In this document: one piece after another, positions 1-7,980 of the stretch
Position numbering within the stretch: position 1 is the stretch's first letter
Layout: every line of letters starts with the position of its first letter
From: Candidatus Saccharimonadota bacterium
GTDB taxonomy: Bacteria; Patescibacteriota; Saccharimonadia; Saccharimonadales; SLHW01
Direction of reading: 5' to 3'
Assembly (NCBI GenBank): GCA_024635455.1
Contig: JAGXIU010000003.1
Span: 133,772-197,771, forward strand
Length of the DNA stretch: 64,000 nucleotides
Program-made: the position numbers and the translations under genes
Notes under the pieces: generated by a model
What the model was told of the DNA's origin: nothing
What the model saw: only the letters and a program-made list of their open reading frames with translations
Databases searched by the model: none

Positions 1-5
1 AGATT

Positions 6-158
6 ATGAATAAAGAAAAGATGTTTATCATTGCGTTTGTGCTGTTATTTATTGGCTCAATTGTGGGTCTATATATCCTCAATGCTGGCAGCGGTGCCCA
101 AACCTCACGCACCGAGGAGTCTTCGCAACAAACGGACGTGGTTCCCCTGCGGGGTTAA
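6..158 (+). CDS. possible small membrane protein (50 aa, one TM helix)
   Basis: ATG at 6 to TAA at 156-158. It encodes MNKEKMFIIAFVLLFIGSIVGLYILNAG..., a hydrophobic helix followed by a polar tail. It is below the ORF-track length cutoff and the window edge prevents upstream context. Confidence 0.2.
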   Translation: MNKEKMFIIAFVLLFIGSIVGLYILNAGSGAQTSRTEESSQQTDVVPLRG

Positions 159-196
159 ATTAGGTCACATACTAGTATTAGCTAAGGTGGTTTGGA

Positions 197-574
197 TTAA
201 GACGGTGTCGGTAATGCGTCGATAATATCAATAGCCTTGAAGATGTCTTTGTTCGGTACCGAAACGTCACAATGATCAGAATCCATCATTTCAGCCGAAA
301 ATCCGAGAATTGTCCCGCCAAGCTCAAGCGCCGATATGTAGTCGTGTATGATAAGTGCGTCTTCACCAGCACCGGATAATGTACTTAGTCGGCCATCAAT
401 CATGTAAACGTCTATATCAAGCTCTCCTGCGCTGACTTGTTCGACTATCTCCAAGGCCTCGCGCTGTGAACTGGCCTCCACGACAAGTTCATGCGAACTG
501 CAACTAATAGCTAACCGAGCGAGTAGCTTGACATCGTTATCGTCTTCAAATAGTGCAATTTTTGCGCGTTCCAT
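197..574 (-). CDS. stand-alone response-regulator receiver (REC/CheY-like) domain protein
   Basis: 125 aa. It has the N-terminal acidic pair FEDDND, the phospho-acceptor-like D in DVYMIDG, S in ILGFSA and K in VPNKD. There is no output domain. It is paralogous to 1139..1510. Confidence 0.6.
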   Translation of the reverse strand: MERAKIALFEDDNDVKLLARLAISCSSHELVVEASSQREALEIVEQVSAGELDIDVYMIDGRLSTLSGAGEDALIIHDYISALELGGTILGFSAEMMDSDHCDVSVPNKDIFKAIDIIDALPTPS

Positions 575-692
575 AAATCTTGATCCTTAACACTCGTTCA
601 CGGGTATTAGGTACATACTATACTAGAAAAAACATAATATGTCAATGCAACGCAATATATATCACAGCATGTAGCAATCTATAGGAGTACAT

Positions 693-1118
693 ATGAGCGA
701 GGATTCTAACAAGACAATCCCTTCACAGAAAGAAGTCGACTCATGTATCGATAGTATTGGCGACGAGCAAAAACGTACCGACTCTCATGCCTAGAAGGAA
801 ATGATAAAGTCCGTCACAAAACAACAACCAGTCATGTGGTGTGGGAGTATGGTCGGTTTTGGTCGCTATCACTATACCTACGCCAGTGGTAGAAAGGGAT
901 CTTATTTCCGTGTCGGCTTCTCACCGCGTAAGGCTAACCTAACCGGGTATCTCATGGATGGAGTAGACAGATACCGCAAGGAGCTGGAACAGCTCGGTCC
1001 ACACAAAACTGCTATATCATGTCTCTATATTAAGCGTCTATCGGACATTGATATGAAAGTTCTCGAATCAATAATTCGCCAATCATTCACAAATGCAGCC
1101 ATGGGTGAGCAGGTTTAA
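693..1118 (+). pseudogene. DUF1801/YdhG-family protein interrupted by an in-frame TAG (or stop-codon readthrough)
   Basis: ATG at 693 encodes MSEDSNKTIPSQKEVDSCIDSIGDEQKRTDSHA, then TAG at 792-794. The same frame continues into ORF 801..1118, which carries PVMWCGSMVGFGRYHYTYASGRKGSYFRVGFSPRKANLTGYLMDG. Both halves align colinearly with the intact paralog at 1612..2037. Confidence 0.45.
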
Positions 1119-1138
1119 CGCTCAGGTGCTTTGTAGTT

Positions 1139-1510
1139 CTATTCTGGCAGTTGTTTGATTATATCTAACGCCTGAATAACGTCTTTGTTTTTTACGTAAG
1201 TATCATAAACATCTTCTGGCAACTCTGACATTGAAAAGCCAATAACATGAGCAGATAGCTGCTTATCTCGCATGTAGCGGCTGATAATACCGGCATCTTC
1301 GCCCAAGGCTGCCTCTTTACGGATTTTTCCGTCCAGAAAAACGACATCGACTGCTAGATCACCTGTTGCAACACTGTCGACCACTTCGAACGCTTGATCA
1401 AGCGTAGCAGCTTCGGCCACCACTGTGTGGTCCTCTCGCTCTAGGATTGTCTTCGCGATTGTTCGTATGCGCTCGTCGTCTTCAATAATAGCGATTTTTG
1501 CTCGTTCCAT
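1139..1510 (-). CDS. stand-alone receiver (REC) domain protein, paralog of 197..574
   Basis: 123 aa MERAKIAIIEDDERIRTIAK...DVVFLDGKI...VIGFSMS...VKNKD, with the same conserved REC positions. It is arranged divergently to a DUF1801 gene, as in copy 1. Confidence 0.6.
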   Translation of the reverse strand: MERAKIAIIEDDERIRTIAKTILEREDHTVVAEAATLDQAFEVVDSVATGDLAVDVVFLDGKIRKEAALGEDAGIISRYMRDKQLSAHVIGFSMSELPEDVYDTYVKNKDVIQALDIIKQLPE

Positions 1511-1611
1511 ACAGTTATTTTAGCAAAATCATCTATTTATGTAAACTAACCACCACTTTGTCAAATGTCTCAAAATACATAAGCTTGGGCACATGCTGAT
1601 AAAATATATAT

Positions 1612-2037
1612 ATGAAGAACAATGAACCAAAAACGGTATTGAATGATAAAAGTGTCGAGAGCTTTCTGTCGTCAGTAACTGATGAGCAGCAGCGTGAAGA
1701 TGCTCGTGCAATAAACACGTTAATGACAGAAATAACTGGCGAAAAGCCCAATATGTGGGGCGATAGTATCATCGGCTACGGCACATACCACTATCTATAC
1801 GCTTCAGGTCGCGAGGGAGATTGGATGAAGATCGGATTCTCACCACGCAAAGGTAAAATCAGTTTGTACTTAATGGATGGTATAGTTCAACACACAGCGG
1901 AACTGGAGAAGCTAGGGCCGTACAAAGCAGCGAAAGCCTGCCTCTATATTAAGCGGCTCGCTGATGTCGATATAGAGGTACTACGACGCATTATTAAAAA
2001 ATCGTACGACCACCAAGCTATGGGTCAGCAAGAATAA
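1612..2037 (+). CDS. DUF1801 (YdhG-like) domain protein, intact copy
   Basis: 141 aa. PNMWGDSIIGYGTYHYLYASGREGDWMKIGFSPRKGKISLYLMDG matches the conserved core of DUF1801. It shares about 50% identity with the 801..1118 product. Confidence 0.55.
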   Translation: MKNNEPKTVLNDKSVESFLSSVTDEQQREDARAINTLMTEITGEKPNMWGDSIIGYGTYHYLYASGREGDWMKIGFSPRKGKISLYLMDGIVQHTAELEKLGPYKAAKACLYIKRLADVDIEVLRRIIKKSYDHQAMGQQE

Positions 2038-2095
2038 GGCTCGCCTCCCCTGTTATAATCTGGTACAATCGTTGCGTGGCTTTTCAGCTACCTAA

Positions 2096-2170
2096 TGGGG
2101 CGTGGCCAAGTGGTAAGGCACCAGTTTTTGGTACTGGCATTCGCAGGTTCGAATCCTGCCGCCCCAGCCA
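2096..2170 (+). tRNA. tRNA-Gln (anticodon UUG), encoded CCA
   Basis: TGGGGCGTGGCCAAGTGGTAAGGCACCAGTTTTTGGTACTGGCATTCGCAGGTTCGAATCCTGCCGCCCCAGCCA. The cloverleaf folds with a U1:A72 acceptor, a GCAGG/CCTGC T-stem with TTCGAAT loop, a CCAGT/ACTGG anticodon stem, a TTTTGGT loop (anticodon TTG), a G73 discriminator and a 3' CCA. The 5' and 3' thirds closely resemble E. coli tRNA-Gln. Confidence 0.85.
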
Positions 2171-2177
2171 TGAAATG

Positions 2178-2202
2178 ACACCACCATGTGTGGTGTTTTT
2201 TC
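2178..2202 (+). terminator. rho-independent terminator after tRNA-Gln
   Basis: ACACCACCATGTGTGGTGT hairpin followed by TTTTTT. Confidence 0.6.
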
Positions 2203-2203
2203 A

Positions 2204-2340
2204 TGGCTCGAGTGATTCGAACCTGCGAGTGGATTGCTTTAGCAAAACACATATCGCAGGTTCGGGCATCAAGCTCGCGCGCAAGAGTTCACTCTGAGCA
2301 CGAGTGTGGTATGCACGATGTCATCCTGCCGCCCCAGCCA
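2204..2340 (+). repeat. degenerate tRNA-Gln-derived element ending in a copy of the tRNA 3' end
   Basis: It starts GGCTCGAGTG and contains scrambled T-arm fragments (ATTCGAACCTGCGAG, which is the reverse complement of the T-arm, and CGCAGGTTCG). It ends ATGCACGATGTCATCCTGCCGCCCCAGCCA, whose last 17 nt are identical to tRNA positions 2154-2170. Confidence 0.55.
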
Positions 2341-2419
2341 AGATAGTTGATTTAAAGTCCAGTAAGCATTCACGCTTCTGGACTTTTTAGCGTCGCACTA
2401 TAGGTATTCATGACCAAAC

Positions 2420-3106
2420 TTAAGAGGAGACTACGAAGTTGCCTTCCATACCTAGTGCACGGTGATTCCCGACACTGCAGTAAAACATATAAGTCTTTCC
2501 AGCTGCACTTTGGGGCACAGTAAAGGTTATTGAGTCAGACTGACCGCCGTTAATAATTGTAGTTCTTGCACCACTAATTTCGTCTACAGTCCAATCGTGT
2601 TTGCCGCCACTATTAGTTAGGTTTATCGTAACGACGTCTCCTGGGCTAACATTCAACGTGCTCAATGAATAGCCGAAGCTAAATGAGTCTATAGTGAATG
2701 ATTTCGTTTGAGTTGCTGGCGTCTCGCCTCCACCTGACGACCCACCACCTGAGCCTCCAGAAGAATTCCCGCCACTTGATCCGTCTGAGGAGCCTCCGTC
2801 GCTAACAGTACTTGGAGCTGTGGTTGTTGTGTTTGAGCTTGAGTCTTCTGATGATTCACTGTTGGTAGGATTTGAGATAGACATTTCGTCGCTTGCTGAT
2901 TCTTTATTATCGGTCAAAGAGTTATCGCTTTTTGTGCCATCACCCGCAGATTCTATTAATTCGGTATTACTGACATCACTATCTTTATTATCTTGAGCTC
3001 CGAATATTCTGTACCCAGTAAAGCTAACAGCTGCGATCAGTACTACGGCTACAACAATTACGATGTGAGCAAATCCATTCTGATTGTATGTTTTTATCAT
3101 TGGCAT
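2420..3106 (-). CDS. membrane-anchored type-1 (blue) copper cupredoxin
   Basis: An N-terminal TM anchor (HIVIVVAVVLIAAVSF) is followed by a long S/G/T/D-rich low-complexity linker. The C-terminal cupredoxin domain has ligands H (GGKHDW), C-x4-H-x4-M (YMFYCSVGNHRALGM). Confidence 0.65.
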   Translation of the reverse strand: MPMIKTYNQNGFAHIVIVVAVVLIAAVSFTGYRIFGAQDNKDSDVSNTELIESAGDGTKSDNSLTDNKESASDEMSISNPTNSESSEDSSSNTTTTAPSTVSDGGSSDGSSGGNSSGGSGGGSSGGGETPATQTKSFTIDSFSFGYSLSTLNVSPGDVVTINLTNSGGKHDWTVDEISGARTTIINGGQSDSITFTVPQSAAGKTYMFYCSVGNHRALGMEGNFVVSS

Positions 3107-3192
3107 ATCTCTTTACTTCTTGCAAATTGCTGAGTACTGTAACTATTGTACCGTTTATGGTTAAATACTACTACTTAAGAAGGTAACAAACT

Positions 3193-4059
3193 ATGATAAA
3201 AACATTACAAAAGCATAAAATCTTACTCCTAGGGACTGCATTAATTGCTGCAGTAGCATTCTCTATGGTTAGCACACCACTGGTCGGCGCTGATCATGCC
3301 TGGGGCAAGTACCACTGGGACCTCTCACAAGTTGACACTGAAGCTAGTCCTCTCAAACTCGGGAACAATCTAACGACACCGGAATGGGAGAGCAGTCTCA
3401 AAGGAGCATCAACCGACTGGAATGGATCAGTATTAAAGAATAAGGTTGTTGCCGGTGACTCTGATGCAGCATGTAGCCCAACTGCAGGGCGAGTCGAAGT
3501 ATGTAACAGTGAGTATGGACTCAACGGATGGCTCGGTATAGCTCAGATATGGGCAACAAGGGGTCGTAGCAGTCACATCACACAAGGTACTGTTCTTCTG
3601 AATGACACCTACTTCGAAATGCCTGAGTACAATACTTCTGCTTGGAGAAATTTAGTTACTTGCCAGGAAGTGGGTCATACTTTCGGTCTCGGGCACCAGG
3701 ATGAAGACTTTAATAACACAAATCTAGGCACCTGCATGGACTATACCAACGACCCAGACGGTTCGACTCCTGGACAACTAAACAATGAGCAGCCTAATGA
3801 ACATGACTTCGCAATGCTGGAAAGTATCTATGGACACCTCAATTCAACAGATTCGGACAATGGCGGAAGCAATGGAGGCGGTAATGGTAACGGTAACGGC
3901 CGAGGTAAGCCAGCTGAGGCAGGTGCCAATATCGACTTAGATGATCCATCATCATGGGGTCAAGCGGTAAAGAAAGATGCGCTTGGGAACAACTCAGTTT
4001 ACGAGAAGGTACTGAATAACGGCACAGTTATTGTAACCCATGTTACTTGGTTGAATTAA
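3193..4059 (+). CDS. secreted metzincin-like (snapalysin/M7-like) protein with variant zinc motif
   Basis: It has a signal peptide. QEVGHTFGLGH fits HExxHxxGxxH except that the first His is Gln. A Gly/Asn-rich repeat follows (GGSNGGGNGNGNGRG). Confidence 0.4.
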   Translation: MIKTLQKHKILLLGTALIAAVAFSMVSTPLVGADHAWGKYHWDLSQVDTEASPLKLGNNLTTPEWESSLKGASTDWNGSVLKNKVVAGDSDAACSPTAGRVEVCNSEYGLNGWLGIAQIWATRGRSSHITQGTVLLNDTYFEMPEYNTSAWRNLVTCQEVGHTFGLGHQDEDFNNTNLGTCMDYTNDPDGSTPGQLNNEQPNEHDFAMLESIYGHLNSTDSDNGGSNGGGNGNGNGRGKPAEAGANIDLDDPSSWGQAVKKDALGNNSVYEKVLNNGTVIVTHVTWLN

Positions 4060-4170
4060 GCGACTCTACAATATTTGCTATAGCTTTTTTTAAACTGTCT
4101 CAAACGCCTTATTTTAGTCGCTCACTACTGTCAAGGGTGTTTTAGACCTATATGCCCTGCCAAAGAAAGT

Positions 4171-4196
4171 CCCGGCATCAAAGCCGGGTTTTTCTT
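4171..4196 (+). terminator. rho-independent terminator
   Basis: CCCGGCATCAAAGCCGGG hairpin followed by TTTTTC. Confidence 0.6.
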
Positions 4197-4197
4197 T

Positions 4198-4240
4198 GGC
4201 TCGAGTGCAGCATGCACTATGTCATCCCTCCGCCCAGCCA
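4198..4240 (+). repeat. short copy of the tRNA-Gln 3'-end-like element
   Basis: GGCTCGAGTGCAGCATGCACTATGTCATCCCTCCGCCCAGCCA matches the head and tail of element 2204..2340 with the middle deleted. Like that copy, it sits immediately after a terminator hairpin. Confidence 0.5.
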
Positions 4241-4356
4241 GATTTTTAGCACATGCAGCTCGTTAGGTTAGTGCCCTCACCTTCCCTGCCCATAAACCAG
4301 TTGACAAACAGTAGATAAACACACATAATATGCAACTTATCAAATGGAACTTTTGA

Positions 4357-4878
4357 ATGATTGAAAAAGAAACCTTCTCAACACCCGAATCTCATGAACA
4401 GCTGGACGATGCTTCAGTTAGGCTTATTGAACTAGTGCAAAACACGCTAAGCTCGTATGAGCCGGATATTAATCCTGCCGGATTGTCATCAGGTGGTTTA
4501 TCGCTAGAGATTGATCAGGCGACATCTTCAGAAATCTCCGGTACGTCACCGATTAGCCCTGAGACGGTATCTGTATATCTCGGCTATGAAGAATTTGAAC
4601 CAAGATGCTACTACTACAGGATCGAGTTTAGGCAAAAAGGCGGTTATCTTGATGGGTTGAGCGACGCTGCAGCCGGTACGCCTTTTGATGTCACCGTTTG
4701 GTACTTAGCTGATGCAGAAATTCAAAAAGTTTCAGCTCAGTTGGCCAAGCCCGGCTACAAAGACGCATATGAGCACGAAGAACTCGAAGGCGAGCGAGGC
4801 GCAACTGTTATCCATAAGTTCTGTGATACCGCAGAGTTAATTATCGGCCAAAGCGAAAAGCCACTACAGCCATTTTAA
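4357..4878 (+). CDS. hypothetical protein
   Basis: 173-aa ORF with no recognisable motif. Confidence 0.4.
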   Translation: MIEKETFSTPESHEQLDDASVRLIELVQNTLSSYEPDINPAGLSSGGLSLEIDQATSSEISGTSPISPETVSVYLGYEEFEPRCYYYRIEFRQKGGYLDGLSDAAAGTPFDVTVWYLADAEIQKVSAQLAKPGYKDAYEHEELEGERGATVIHKFCDTAELIIGQSEKPLQPF

Positions 4879-5188
4879 ATAGGATGCATTTCACTGACTT
4901 ACGGAGTCTGCTCGGCTTGGCTGCAACCAAGCCCTCTCATCTGTACTGATGCTGGTTATTAGGCTAATCGGTTTTTCGAGGCCATGGTTCGATTCATCTT
5001 CAACGATTTTGTCGTACTCTAGCGCATTTTTAACTACAGAAACCTTATCTTCTGTACCCAGTAGCAACAAAGGTGTCCTGGTTTTAAATTGAGTTTTTCA
5101 GTCAAGCTCTATCAGGTAGACCCGGCATTTGGCTAAGAGGCGGACTCCGCAATCGGTGTATATAGCCGGCACGTAGTTCTAGCTCTAT

Positions 5189-5920
5189 TTAGGAAGCGTC
5201 TCTATAGTGAAACCTGTACCACACAATTGCCCATCCAATTACCAGGTATACAGATATTGTCGCTATGCTCTGTACGACATCCGTCTCCATACCCGGTAAT
5301 ACTAATGATTGGATTGATGTGAACGGCAGGTATTTCTGCTTATCATCAAGGAGCAAGCCAAGCAGAGGCTCGATGGTCCCGGGTGCAAGTATGAGTATGA
5401 CGATTGGGGCCACGATGGTACGAAACAAAAACCCGAGCAAAAGCCCAATAAGCGTAAAGCTTGTTACATAGATAAAGCTGTGAAATATTAGCTTACTGAC
5501 ATCTATAATCTGGGCTGGAGCGGACTCTTCAACGAAGTTGAACGCAATGATTGAGCTGAGGTAGCCGATAGCTGCCGCCAGGATTGTGATGGCTAGAGCA
5601 TAGCAAACGGTCGTTATAATTTTTGCGATAAGTATAACGGAGCGAGAACGGTTAACCGTAAGAGTGTGGTGAATGAGATTGTAGCGATATTCATGGCCTA
5701 TCAGTATCACAGCAAATACTGCTGCAAGCTGAGCAGCTATCGATACGCCACCGAATAGCGAGTTTTCGATTGTTGTTGGTAGTATCTCCCCTCCGGTTAG
5801 GTCTTGCTGCAGCAGGCTTGCGACTGAAACAGTGATGACAAGCGCAATGACGATGAGTGTCATTACATAGACTGAGCGAATCGTGAATAACTTTATAAAC
5901 TCTGACTTCAGCGTGTTCAT
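5189..5920 (-). CDS. ABC-2 family transporter permease
   Basis: 243 aa with about 6 predicted TM helices. It overlaps the upstream ATPase gene by 4 nt. Confidence 0.7.
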   Translation of the reverse strand: MNTLKSEFIKLFTIRSVYVMTLIVIALVITVSVASLLQQDLTGGEILPTTIENSLFGGVSIAAQLAAVFAVILIGHEYRYNLIHHTLTVNRSRSVILIAKIITTVCYALAITILAAAIGYLSSIIAFNFVEESAPAQIIDVSKLIFHSFIYVTSFTLIGLLLGFLFRTIVAPIVILILAPGTIEPLLGLLLDDKQKYLPFTSIQSLVLPGMETDVVQSIATISVYLVIGWAIVWYRFHYRDAS

Positions 5921-6828
5921 TGAGACTCCTCTTTGCTGCCAGCTCGAAACTGTTGAGCGCCAGACGTCATATTCAAGAAGACATTTTCAAGCGACATTGT
6001 TCTTGGCGTCAACTCGTAAATGGTCAAACTGTGCTTGTGCGCAAGTTCGCCGATCTGCCTAGACGGTAATTCATGGATAATGTAGCCATCACCTTCCTCG
6101 ATAAACGATACACCAGACTTATTGAGTGCGGCTTCTAGCTTTTTTGGTTGTTTAACCCGGATAAATGTTTGAGATATTTGGTCGTCAATGAGAGACTTCA
6201 TTGTCGTTGCGGCAATAAGTTTTCCTCTACCGATTACGACTATGTTTTCAGCCATTTTTGATATTTCATCGAGCAAATGACTCGAAACAAGCACTGCCCT
6301 ATCTTCGGTTGCATAATTCTTCACAAAATTTCTGAGCCAGGCCATCCCTTCCGGGTCGAGGCCGTTGGCCGGTTCATCAAGCAATAAATACTTTGGTTTG
6401 GCTAATATTGCGGCAGCTAAGCCAAGTCGCTGGGACATACCGAGCGAAAAAGTTCTCGGTTGCTTGTTGGCGACTTCGCGAATGCCCACCAGATCGAGAG
6501 CCTCGTCAACGGCATTGCTTGAAAGGCCAGAGGCTGCAGCCAACACTCTGAGATGGCTGCGTGCAGTCCGTGTTGGATGGAACGCCTTCATATCAAGCAA
6601 TATCCCAACCACATCAGTTGGGTTTGGGTAGTCAGATAACAGTTTGTCGTCGAAGTAGGTGACTCCCCTTCCTTTATCGAGGCCCAGCATCAAGCGCATC
6701 GTGGTCGATTTTCCTGAGCCATTCGGTCCTAAAAAGCCAGTCACTTTATTCTCTTCAACCTCAAAGGATACGTCTTTGACGGCTATCGTACTCCCGAACT
6801 GCTTTGTTAGATTTTCTGTGCGTATCAC
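5917..6828 (-). CDS. ABC transporter ATP-binding protein
   Basis: Walker A GPNGSGKST, signature LSLGMSQRLGLA, Walker B LLLDEP. Confidence 0.9.
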   Translation of the reverse strand: MIRTENLTKQFGSTIAVKDVSFEVEENKVTGFLGPNGSGKSTTMRLMLGLDKGRGVTYFDDKLLSDYPNPTDVVGILLDMKAFHPTRTARSHLRVLAAASGLSSNAVDEALDLVGIREVANKQPRTFSLGMSQRLGLAAAILAKPKYLLLDEPANGLDPEGMAWLRNFVKNYATEDRAVLVSSHLLDEISKMAENIVVIGRGKLIAATTMKSLIDDQISQTFIRVKQPKKLEAALNKSGVSFIEEGDGYIIHELPSRQIGELAHKHSLTIYELTPRTMSLENVFLNMTSGAQQFRAGSKEESQ

Positions 6829-7040
6829 AATACTTCACTTCTTTTTATACACCACTAGTATAGGACAAAGCATGGCTTCGGTCACCTATTTTGCAACAGA
6901 AAAATTGCCTGATGCATAGTTTTCTCTGCCACTCAAACGAGCCACCACGGGCAATATCGTTAGTGTGATATAACACACACTCATCGGTGTAGTGTCGTAG
7001 TATATTAAACTTATGCTTTAAAAAACAAAAAGGAATAAAT

Positions 7041-7724
7041 ATGTCAGAGTATTTACGTGATGTTTCAGATTTTAGCCAAGCTCGCGAGACGCGCGATTCG
7101 CAGCCTGGAATAGACTTTTTTGATACGCATATACTCAAAGAAATAGTTGAGGCACGCCAGCAACTGCAGGCGCAAGAGGTTGCATCACGCGTGCACTTTT
7201 TTGACCCACAGCGATTCGAGGGCCCTCGGTATTTTGAGGATATAAGTGCAATCTCTGACTACATGGTCAGCTATAGCCAGTCGGCCTTGGTGTTCACGAG
7301 TCCGGCCGAATTCGCGTTTAATCCAAGAAATCGCCAAAGAACAATCGTCCGCTACAGTGAGCAAATCGATGATTATGTACCTAACGGCCAGCTATTAACT
7401 GAGGAGTCAAAGCCATTTAGTGGCGATACCGTAGCGCACTGTCGTGGCCTAGTGGTGCTATGCGACTCTACGCAAAGAATCGGCATTGAACTACACTCTT
7501 CAGACACCATACTATTCTACAATCAAGGTAGTAGCAGTCATCTAGATGATGAGCTTTCATCGGAGCGGCTAAAGTATGGCCTTCTTTCTGAAAAGTTGCG
7601 CAATAATACGACCAATTCCCTCTTTGTGACAAAGCGGGTCGCGCGGCATCTCATTGATCAAGTCGTCTCCCAAGAAGAAGCATCCAGCCGTCCTGTCCCT
7701 GAATATGTTGGCGACGCTACATAA
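7041..7724 (+). CDS. hypothetical protein; last ~17 codons supplied by repeat R2
   Basis: 227 aa. The C-terminus QEEASSRPVPEYVGDAT is encoded by the 5' part of the 170-bp repeat. Confidence 0.45.
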   Translation: MSEYLRDVSDFSQARETRDSQPGIDFFDTHILKEIVEARQQLQAQEVASRVHFFDPQRFEGPRYFEDISAISDYMVSYSQSALVFTSPAEFAFNPRNRQRTIVRYSEQIDDYVPNGQLLTEESKPFSGDTVAHCRGLVVLCDSTQRIGIELHSSDTILFYNQGSSSHLDDELSSERLKYGLLSEKLRNNTTNSLFVTKRVARHLIDQVVSQEEASSRPVPEYVGDAT

Positions 7725-7840
7725 AGTTGCGATTAGTATATAAAAACATCGGCAATCGTCGCTGTTTGTATATTGTTGGTATGTAGTCGAACGAGGGTTC
7801 GTTGGAGCGAAGCCACGCGCAGGAATGTATTTTGAGCATG
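7671..7840 (+). repeat. R2 repeat copy 1 (~170 bp), overlapping the 3' end of CDS 7041..7724
   Basis: Runs from CAAGAAGAAGCATCCAGCCGTCCTGTCCCTGAATATGTTGGCGACGCT to GAGCATG. The first ~85 nt are near-identical to 10619..10797 (including GTTGCGATTAGTATATAAAAACATCGGCAATCG); the remainder is looser. Confidence 0.8.
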
Positions 7841-7980
7841 GCTGAGAGGAAGATGCTTGCCGATACCATGCATCCCCAGCCAATAAACTCCGAGGGAGTC
7901 CTTTGTTTTTTCAAACTAGGTATAGTTCTTTTTTATATCTGTAGTAAGCTATTTTGTAGATAGACATAAGTAAGATTGAT

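Noticed and set aside
31-225. 64-aa ORF on the plus strand at the window start
   Set aside because: It overlaps the more plausible 6-158 small ORF in another frame and the 3' end of the minus-strand REC gene. It has no motif and odd composition, so it is a likely spurious frame.
2076-2297. 73-aa ORF spanning the tRNA-Gln gene
   Set aside because: It overlaps a well-folded tRNA and its terminator, so this is translation of RNA-gene sequence.
3840-3905. GGTAACGGTAAC tandem repeats
   Set aside because: They encode a Gly-Asn repeat inside the metzincin-like CDS, so this is a coding low-complexity segment rather than a stand-alone repeat.
4880-5188. Possible minus-strand gene remnant (…TPLLLLGTEDKVSVVKNALEYDKIVEDESNHGLEKPISLITSISTDERAWLQPSRADSVSQ*)
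   Set aside because: It has an open frame of ~60 codons but no start, no motif and an upstream stop. It could be a decayed gene tail, but evidence is too thin to call.
7569-7914. Minus-strand ORFs 7569-7883 and 7717-7914 overlapping repeat R2 copy 1
   Set aside because: No equivalent ORF exists over R2 copy 2 despite the nucleotide similarity. They overlap a well-supported plus-strand CDS. They look like antisense artefacts of the repeat.
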